From positions 1 to 30,659 of the forward strand of contig JBHLLO010000034.1 of assembly GCA_048885535.1 (NCBI GenBank): a DNA stretch of 30,659 nt, given 5' to 3'. The stretch comes from Candidatus Hermodarchaeota archaeon. GTDB taxonomy: Archaea; Asgardarchaeota; Lokiarchaeia; Sigyniarchaeales; SOKP01. Below, piece after piece: positions 19,599 to 26,044 of this stretch (positions are counted from its first letter, which is position 1; each line of letters starts with the position of its first letter). A program made the translations under genes and the position numbers. The notes below the pieces were generated by a model. The model was not told the origin of the DNA. It saw only the letters and a list, made by a program, of their open reading frames with translations, and ran no database searches.

Positions 19599-20861
19599 TT
19601 AAGGGAATAAACCTCTTAATTCATGAGATCTCGCTAGATTTGAGATAGCAATCATATAGGCTGCATTTCTAAGCGAAGTATTCTCTTCTTTTGCTAAATT
19701 CCATACTTTCTCAAATGCCTCAATTAATAGAGTTTTCATCTCACGATTTACTCTCTCTAAATCCCAAAAATATGCGTGCATGCTCTGAATATATTCAAAA
19801 TAAGAGACTATCATTGAACCGCTGTTAGCTAAAATATCTGGGATAACTAATACTCCTTTTTCGTCCAAAACCTTATCTGCTTTAGAAGTAACTGGACCAT
19901 CTGCTCCTTCAAGAATTATTTTACAGTTCACATCGTTAACATTTTTACTCGTAATTTGATTCTCAATAGCAGCAGGTATTAAAATATCGCATTCAATTTT
20001 AAAAATATCCATAAGACCTATATGCTTTATTCCTGATCCTTTAAATGACTTTAGTCCATTTCCATCTTGTTTCCATTGAATAATTTTATACAAAGTTTTA
20101 TCCAATCCTCGCTCAGAATATAATCCTCCAGTACTATCTGATACCGCTAATATACGGCACCCTTTTTCGTAAAGAATTTGGGCTATCACACTACCAACCT
20201 TACCAAATCCTTGAATGACAATATTCAATTCATTTAAATTGTAGTTTAGTTTTTCAGATAAAGATTCTAATATATAAGACATACCAGTTCCAGCTGCTTC
20301 ATTAATTCCGACAGTTCCTCCTATTTCTATTGGTTTGCCAACTGCTACACTTGGTACTGATCTTCCCTTTTGCATCGAGTAAACGTCCATCATCCATGAC
20401 ATTGTTTTTTCATCCGTATTAACATCTGTAGCAAGGATATCAATGTCTGGACCAATCATATTTATAATTTCAGCAGTATATCTGCGTGTAAGCTTCTCCA
20501 GTTCATTTTTTGATAATTTTTTAAAGGCTACACGAACACCTCCTTTAGATCCACCTAATGGTATTCCTAATAAAGCATTTCTAAACGTCATTAGGAACGC
20601 TAACGCCTTCACGTCATCAAGTGTTAAATCAGATAAGTATCTCACACCTCCTATAGCTGGACCACGAATAGTTGAATGATGCACGCGATAACCTTCGAAA
20701 ATTTTAAGTGCCCCATCATCCATGATAATAGGGATAGATACAATCAATGAACGTTCAACACGTTTAAGATATTCTAAAGTATTGGGATTCAAATTTAACA
20801 AACTTGCTGCAAAACTTAATTGTTTTTTTCTAGTTTCGTAAGGATTTGGTCTTGGAATCAT
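19599..20861 (-). CDS. Glu/Leu/Phe/Val dehydrogenase family protein (GDH-like, atypical substrate pocket)
   Basis: FEGYRVHH, GGSKGG, QGFGKVG, CDILIPAAIENQIT, IPDILAN, VSYFEY and RGLFP. Start moved to ATG 20861 (AGGTGG upstream), which removes the overlap with the LRR gene. Confidence 0.9.
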   Translation of the reverse strand: MIPRPNPYETRKKQLSFAASLLNLNPNTLEYLKRVERSLIVSIPIIMDDGALKIFEGYRVHHSTIRGPAIGGVRYLSDLTLDDVKALAFLMTFRNALLGIPLGGSKGGVRVAFKKLSKNELEKLTRRYTAEIINMIGPDIDILATDVNTDEKTMSWMMDVYSMQKGRSVPSVAVGKPIEIGGTVGINEAAGTGMSYILESLSEKLNYNLNELNIVIQGFGKVGSVIAQILYEKGCRILAVSDSTGGLYSERGLDKTLYKIIQWKQDGNGLKSFKGSGIKHIGLMDIFKIECDILIPAAIENQITSKNVNDVNCKIILEGADGPVTSKADKVLDEKGVLVIPDILANSGSMIVSYFEYIQSMHAYFWDLERVNREMKTLLIEAFEKVWNLAKEENTSLRNAAYMIAISNLARSHELRGLFP

Positions 20862-20871
20862 TATGTTCCAC

Positions 20872-21906
20872 CTATAAATTAATAAGGCTATATTCAACAA
20901 ATTTAAGAGGATCTATAGCACACCCACTTGAATCTAATCCTCCCAATTCATTTAAAATTTTTTCGTCGATAGGATTATTGTTAAGCCATAAATCTTTTAA
21001 ATTTAACAAAGATTCTAACCCTTTAATTTTAGTAATTTGATTATTCCCTAAATCTAGTGTCTCAAGCTCTTGAAGTGTTTCCAGACCTTTAATCGTAAAA
21101 ATTTTGTTTCCAGAAAGAAACAATTTGTTTAATTTAGTTAATGGATACAAACCCTCAATTTGAGTAATTTTATTCTCTTTCAAATTTAATACTTGAAGGT
21201 TTCTACAATTCTCTAACCCTTGAATTTGTGCAATTTGATTCGCTGTAATCCAGAATGTTTCTAGTTGTTGAAGCGAATCTAATCCCTTTAATTCCTTTAT
21301 TAAATTTTCATTCAAATATAATTCTTTTAACTCAATTAAATTATCCAACCCCTCTATTTTTGAAATTTGGTTCCCTGCAAGATTTAAAACTTTTAGTTTA
21401 CTTAAATTATTCAAACCCTCTAACTTCTTAATTTGATTTCCTGCTATCCAGAGTACCTCTAGATTAAGTAAAGAATCTAATCCTTGAAGCTTGTTGATAG
21501 CATTCCAAGATAAATCTAACTTCTTTAGTGAATGTAATGAATCTAGCCCTTTAATATGTTCAATTTGATTTCCTCTAAGATACAATTCTTTTAAATTAAC
21601 AAGTTTTTCTAATCCTTTTATCTCCTTTATTTGATTTGAAGCTAAGTGTAGAACTTCTAATCTCTCTAATTTACTTAACCCAGAAATCTCAATAATACTA
21701 TTACTTCCTAAGTTTAAAATCTCTAATGATTTTAGATGTTCTAAATTCTTAATTTCTTGTATCTCATTTGAACTTAATTCTAAATGCTTTATATCTATCT
21801 TTTCCAAACCCTTGATTTCGGAAATATTTGCAATGCTAAGTAACCCAAGATCAAGAAAACCTTCCTTAATTTCATATTTCTCGCCCTTGATTTCCACATA
21901 ATTCAT
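20872..21906 (-). CDS. Leucine-rich repeat protein, SDS22-like 22-aa repeats
   Basis: About 13 repeats of LxxLxxLxLxxNxIxxIxGL. Confidence 0.92.
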   Translation of the reverse strand: MNYVEIKGEKYEIKEGFLDLGLLSIANISEIKGLEKIDIKHLELSSNEIQEIKNLEHLKSLEILNLGSNSIIEISGLSKLERLEVLHLASNQIKEIKGLEKLVNLKELYLRGNQIEHIKGLDSLHSLKKLDLSWNAINKLQGLDSLLNLEVLWIAGNQIKKLEGLNNLSKLKVLNLAGNQISKIEGLDNLIELKELYLNENLIKELKGLDSLQQLETFWITANQIAQIQGLENCRNLQVLNLKENKITQIEGLYPLTKLNKLFLSGNKIFTIKGLETLQELETLDLGNNQITKIKGLESLLNLKDLWLNNNPIDEKILNELGGLDSSGCAIDPLKFVEYSLINL

Positions 21907-22068
21907 AAAATTCCCACTATAAGAAGTTAAATTTTAATAAAAATAGAAGCTCTGAAAAATATATTAATTCAGATAAAATTTATAATTTTTTCTTTATAAA
22001 ACTTAATTTGATTTTATATTATAATTAATAATGAAAATTTTATTATTTTCTTCAAAAACAAGGAGAAA

Positions 22069-23034
22069 TTAATCAGAAAAATAATATTCAATATCATCAT
22101 TCATATTCAAAATTTCAGAGATTGCCTCAGAAAGCTCTTCATGTGAAATTTTATTTACATCAATAAATTTCTTTGCTAAATTATAATACTTTTTCTGAAC
22201 CTCTGGAGTTGAAAAGTTCTTTAGTTTTGAGCTGAAAGAATATAAATACGAGTAAACTTCCTTATATTGACCATAAATAATAGATCTACCAGATAAAGTA
22301 TCCAAGGTCGATTGCAATGACTTTTTTGCTTGAGATAAGTAATATGTTAGACGAATTTTATTATCATAAATTTCATCATTTAATGATTTTGCGCGTTTTT
22401 GATATGCTACTAAAGTTTGATTGTCTTCCAGATCCTCACAAAAATTTATGATATTTTGACAAATTATTAACTTTTTTATAATATTATTCTCTTTTTCAAA
22501 GTTTTTCAATGCCTTTTCTCTTTTTTTTTTAATTTCTTCGATTTCTTCTCTTAACTTTTCTGATAGTTCTCCTTTCTGCGTCCAAATCGATTTTAAAATA
22601 TCCCCCTGCTTTTCAATTAATAACATAGGATCAATAATTTTTTTATAAGAGAATATCAGGGTATTAATTTCTTCATCAAAATTTTCATAAAGTGTTCGAT
22701 CTATACTCTCATTTTGAAATAGAGTTTTATATTTCAATATTATTTTAATTAAATCAGAGAATAATTTTTCCACAATTTTATAATCCTCTTTATCAGCAAT
22801 AATAATAATATCAATTAAATAGTCTGGTATCTTTGTTGCGTAAGCATTGACTTCTCCTAAACCTATAGTTTTTATCTCTTGAGATTGTTCTGGTATTACA
22901 CTAGATATAAACCTTTTCAAGGCAGTATAAAAAGAGCCAAATAACTCCATCGGTCTATCGCTTTTAACTTTAAAATGCTTTTCATATAAAAGTGTTCCCG
23001 TTTTGGATTGATAAAGAAATAGAAAATAAAGCAT
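22069..23034 (-). CDS. Longin-like N-terminal domain protein with helical C-terminus
   Basis: N-terminal hydrophobic strand, then GTLLYEKHF...LFGSFYTALKRFISSV...IKTI, the pattern of Asgard longin-like domains; coiled-coil middle. Fold call is by pattern recognition only. Confidence 0.6.
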   Translation of the reverse strand: MLYFLFLYQSKTGTLLYEKHFKVKSDRPMELFGSFYTALKRFISSVIPEQSQEIKTIGLGEVNAYATKIPDYLIDIIIIADKEDYKIVEKLFSDLIKIILKYKTLFQNESIDRTLYENFDEEINTLIFSYKKIIDPMLLIEKQGDILKSIWTQKGELSEKLREEIEEIKKKREKALKNFEKENNIIKKLIICQNIINFCEDLEDNQTLVAYQKRAKSLNDEIYDNKIRLTYYLSQAKKSLQSTLDTLSGRSIIYGQYKEVYSYLYSFSSKLKNFSTPEVQKKYYNLAKKFIDVNKISHEELSEAISEILNMNDDIEYYFSD

Positions 23035-23166
23035 CAGATTCTCTTCTCTGTTTAAAATTTTAGATTTATTAAGACTATATACTGTGAATACTCATATATC
23101 TATTGTTTTATTAAATTATAAATAAATTGCCCTAAATGTGTTCTATTTTTATTCTATAATTTTAAA

Positions 23167-23181
23167 TTTTAAAACCTACAG
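23167..23181 (+). promoter_or_regulatory. Putative TATA-box promoter of zinc-ribbon ORF1
   Basis: TTTTAAAACCTACAG, near-identical to TTTTAAACCTCAG upstream of the paralog. Confidence 0.45.
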
Positions 23182-23206
23182 AAAATTCTCCTTACATGAT
23201 AGTATA

Positions 23207-23320
23207 ATGCTAGTTTGTCAAACTTGTGGAACAATAATTTCTGGAAGGAAGGAAGGACATTATTATTGTAATAATTGCGGTAAAGTTACATATCACCTTT
23301 CAGTTAGGTTTAAGTGATAA
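23207..23320 (+). CDS. Zinc-ribbon microprotein 1, candidate selenoprotein (36 aa if TGA 23315-23317 is a stop; 37 aa ending in Sec if recoded, then TAA)
   Basis: MLVCQTCGTIISGRKEGHYYCNNCGKVTYHLSVRFK-TGA-TAA. CxxC-x13-CxxC, paralogous to 23525-23680. Not in ORF track. Confidence 0.8.
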
Positions 23321-23347
23321 TATGCAAAGAAAATAATGTCAAAGATT

Positions 23348-23414
23348 AAAGTTAGAATGAAACTTATATTGAAATTTTAGATATAAGCGGACAACCCTGT
23401 GAGGGTGACTTTTT
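23348..23414 (+). ncRNA. SECIS-like kink-turn RNA element in the 3' UTR of microprotein 1
   Basis: AUGA at 23357-23360; stem CUUAUAUU(23363-70)/GAUAUAAG(23380-87); apical AAA at 23372-74; GA at 23390-91 exactly in register for tandem sheared G.A pairs. Flanking helices are possible. Confidence 0.6.
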
Positions 23415-23494
23415 GTATTTATTCATAATTTCCAGATTTCGATTATTAGGAATTAATTATCTCTCTAAAATATTTTTCTGTTATAAAAAGAAGA

Positions 23495-23507
23495 TTTTAA
23501 ACCTCAG
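23495..23507 (+). promoter_or_regulatory. Putative TATA-box promoter of zinc-ribbon ORF2 (likely leaderless mRNA)
   Basis: TTTTAAACCTCAG, preceded by purine-rich AAAAGAAGA (BRE-like) and starting 30 nt before ATG 23525. Confidence 0.5.
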
Positions 23508-23524
23508 GTCTATAATTACTTATT

Positions 23525-23680
23525 ATGAAAACAGTAGTTTGTAAGGAATGTGGTTTTTCAATTGAGAATAAAGAACCTGGAATTTATTATTGCGAAAATT
23601 GCTTGAAAAAAAAGAAATTTTTTAAAGTCCAAGCGTTTTGTGGAGCAAAGCCAGATAATAAACTTTATAAACATAATTAA
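23525..23680 (+). CDS. Zinc-ribbon microprotein 2 (51 aa; Cys paralog)
   Basis: MKTVVCKECGFSIENKEPGIYYCENCLKKKKFFKVQAFCGAKPDNKLYKHN*. CxxC-x13-CxxC plus a fifth Cys. Not in ORF track. Confidence 0.82.
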   Translation: MKTVVCKECGFSIENKEPGIYYCENCLKKKKFFKVQAFCGAKPDNKLYKHN

Positions 23681-23791
23681 ATATCACTGAAAATACAATA
23701 TTGGACTTATTTTTTATACTCTCAATATCTATAAAATATAGTCTAAAACATTTAGATTAATATTTTAAGAAAATAATTCTTTTTTACTCCT

Positions 23792-24502
23792 ATGACTGAA
23801 AATTTATACATGGATGACTCATATCTAAGAAATTGGGAAGCGAGTGTCATAAGTGTAGAAGAAGATAAGTACATAATTCTTGATAGAACAGCGTTTTATC
23901 CTAAGGGAGGTGGTCAACCTTGGGATGAGGGTTTCTTAACCCTTAAAAGTGGAAAACGATTTAGAGTCGTATATGTAGGTAAATTTTCTGGAGAAATTAG
24001 CCACGAAGTCGACAAATCAGGGCTAAAAGCGGGAGATAAGGTGCAATGTGAACTTGATTGGGAAAGAAGATATACTTTTATGCGATACCATACTGCTTCA
24101 CATCTGCTAAGCAATATACTTTACAAAAGGACCAACGCAAAAATTACTGGAAATCAAATAGAAATAGAGAAAACAAGAATGGACTTTTCGATGCATGATT
24201 ATTCTCCCGAAAAATTACGAAAATTTGTAGATGAAACGAATCAGATTATAAAACAAGATTTGCCAGTTACGATTGATTATATGTCAAAAGAAGAGGTTTT
24301 GAATAAACCTGAGCTTGCAAGATTAGCTATGGGACTACCTGAAAAAGTTCAAAAATATCGAATTGTTAGAATCGGAGATATTGATGAACAAGTTGATGGT
24401 GGAACTCATATCAAGAGCTTAAAGGAAATTGGTGAAATAGAAGTTATTAAGACTGTAAATAAAGGAAAAGACAACCGAAGAATTTATTTTATCCTTAAAT
24501 AA
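23792..24502 (+). CDS. alaXM: Alanyl-tRNA editing protein AlaX-M
   Basis: LDRTAFYPKGGGQPWDEG, DWERRY..MRYHTASHLL and DGGTHI..L.EIG; 236 aa. Confidence 0.93.
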   Translation: MTENLYMDDSYLRNWEASVISVEEDKYIILDRTAFYPKGGGQPWDEGFLTLKSGKRFRVVYVGKFSGEISHEVDKSGLKAGDKVQCELDWERRYTFMRYHTASHLLSNILYKRTNAKITGNQIEIEKTRMDFSMHDYSPEKLRKFVDETNQIIKQDLPVTIDYMSKEEVLNKPELARLAMGLPEKVQKYRIVRIGDIDEQVDGGTHIKSLKEIGEIEVIKTVNKGKDNRRIYFILK

Positions 24503-24521
24503 TTTAATATATTTGAAATCG

Positions 24522-25064
24522 ATGATAAAAATTACTTATTTCGTTCACTGTACTTCTATTCATAACAAAAAGGGAATAGCTGCTGGATGGAAAGGTAGTA
24601 GACTCACAAGGAAAGGTAAAAAACAAGCAAAAAAGTTAGGGGAATTAGTATGTGATAAAATATTTAACGTAATTTTTTGTTCTGATTTAAACAGAGCTGT
24701 CGAAACGGCTAATTTGGCTTTCTCAGAGAATTATTTTATAATCCAAGATAAAAGATTACGAGAAATCAATTTTGGAGAGGAGACCAATTTAAGAGTCTCA
24801 GTATTAATTTCTAAACAGGTGAACTATATTGATAAACCATTTCCCTCTGGCGAAAGTTATAAGGATGTGGAGGTTAGGATTACAGACTTTCTAAATTTTT
24901 TAAGAGTTAATTATCAAAATAATCATATAGGTATTGTAGCTCACCAAGCGCCCCAACTAGCATTAGAAGTTCTATTAAATAACAAAACCTGGGTTCAGGC
25001 ATTTCATGATGACTGGAGAGCTAAAGGAGAATGGCAACCGGGATGGGAATATTTAGTTCCTTAA
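24522..25064 (+). CDS. Histidine phosphatase (phosphoglycerate mutase-like) family protein
   Basis: FCSDLNRAVETA, DKRLREINFG, FPSGESY and IVAHQ; the N-terminal motif is FVHC rather than RHG. ATG 24522 preferred over TTG 24513. Confidence 0.85.
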   Translation: MIKITYFVHCTSIHNKKGIAAGWKGSRLTRKGKKQAKKLGELVCDKIFNVIFCSDLNRAVETANLAFSENYFIIQDKRLREINFGEETNLRVSVLISKQVNYIDKPFPSGESYKDVEVRITDFLNFLRVNYQNNHIGIVAHQAPQLALEVLLNNKTWVQAFHDDWRAKGEWQPGWEYLVP

Positions 25065-25090
25065 TAATAATTTTAATTTAGGTAAAGAAT

Positions 25091-26041
25091 TTAGATATTA
25101 AATCCATCATCAAAATCATCGTACTCATCCTCATCGATCTCTATATCGTATCTCTCAACTTCCTTTTCTTTAAGCTTCTTCTTAAGTTCTCTTCGTTCTT
25201 TATGAGTTTGATCATAACGCTTTATGTAAATTTTTTCATACTTTTCTCTTAGTTTTTCAACGCTCTCAACTTGTCCAATCTTGTCTTGTAAACCATCCTC
25301 AAAAAACCAGTTCCTTTTAAATTCTTTTGCGGGAATTCCAACATAGATGTAATTATCTTTTAGAACTTGTCCCACTGTAGTGACCGAATTAGCTGCAAGT
25401 ACACTCCGTTTCCCAATATGAGTTCCAGGCATTACTATTGCATGTGAGCCAATTCTGACATCATCTTCTATCACAGTTTTCCTAACTATTAATAAATTAC
25501 CGATAATAACACTTGATTGGACGATCGCGCCTTGACCAACAACGCAATTCTTTCCAAATTCTATAAACTCAGTGTCAACCCATCCCTCGAACAATGAATT
25601 AGAGAATTTTGTCTTAACTCCGAAAATCTTAAAGCAAATATTATCTAGGAAGGGAAAAGGAAATTTATGGGCTAACCAAAAAGGAAACCTCTTGATAGTG
25701 CTTCTCAAACTCCAGTAGCGATAATCTTTATCAGATGGATGTCTAATAAAGGTACCCTCTCGTGGCTTCCTAATTGCATTAACAATCACAAGTATGATTT
25801 TCGCGAAAAAAATCGCAGAAAATACTGCAGTAACATACATCACAAAAAATAATAGAGGTAAAAAAGTGTAGAAATGAATTGGTCTTATGTAGTCCCACAA
25901 CCATTGCCAATATGCCCAAAACTCAAGTAAGAGTGGCAAAATAGTTGCCCAGATTATTATAATATAAAAAGTAATATATCTTTTCTTTACTAAAACCGTT
26001 GGCAAGAACGGTCCGACGCGCATTGTATTCGGTACTGACAT
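25091..26041 (-). CDS. Membrane-bound left-handed beta-helix (hexapeptide repeat) acyltransferase-like protein, one unit
   Basis: Two TM helices, KPREG.F...DYRYW, hexapeptide repeats (IEFGKNCVVGQGAIV; IEDDVRIGSHAIVMPGTHIG) and VGIPAK. Confidence 0.82.
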   Translation of the reverse strand: MSVPNTMRVGPFLPTVLVKKRYITFYIIIIWATILPLLLEFWAYWQWLWDYIRPIHFYTFLPLLFFVMYVTAVFSAIFFAKIILVIVNAIRKPREGTFIRHPSDKDYRYWSLRSTIKRFPFWLAHKFPFPFLDNICFKIFGVKTKFSNSLFEGWVDTEFIEFGKNCVVGQGAIVQSSVIIGNLLIVRKTVIEDDVRIGSHAIVMPGTHIGKRSVLAANSVTTVGQVLKDNYIYVGIPAKEFKRNWFFEDGLQDKIGQVESVEKLREKYEKIYIKRYDQTHKERRELKKKLKEKEVERYDIEIDEDEYDDFDDGFNI

Positions 26042-26044
26042 ATT

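Noticed and set aside
20862-20900. Overlap or possible fusion of the LRR and GDH genes
   Set aside because: The frames differ, and ATG 20861 with an SD-like AGGTGG explains the junction without recoding.
20872-21906. 66-nt periodicity suggestive of a CRISPR or DNA repeat array
   Set aside because: Explained by 22-aa LRR coding repeats; there are no identical direct repeats with spacers.
23336-23380. 14-codon ORF MSKIKVRMKLILKF overlapping the hairpin
   Set aside because: No motif; the sequence is better explained as structured RNA.
23348-23414. Known riboswitch, ribozyme, tRNA or C/D box RNA as the identity of the structured element
   Set aside because: No match by eye to c-di-GMP, fluoride, TPP or hammerhead cores, no cloverleaf, and no RUGAUGA/CUGA boxes. 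An Rfam scan would be needed to exclude these formally.
24392-24409. AlaX DGGTH instead of CGGTH
   Set aside because: As I recall, Asp variants occur in other archaeal AlaX-M proteins, and the codon is GAT, so this is not recoding.
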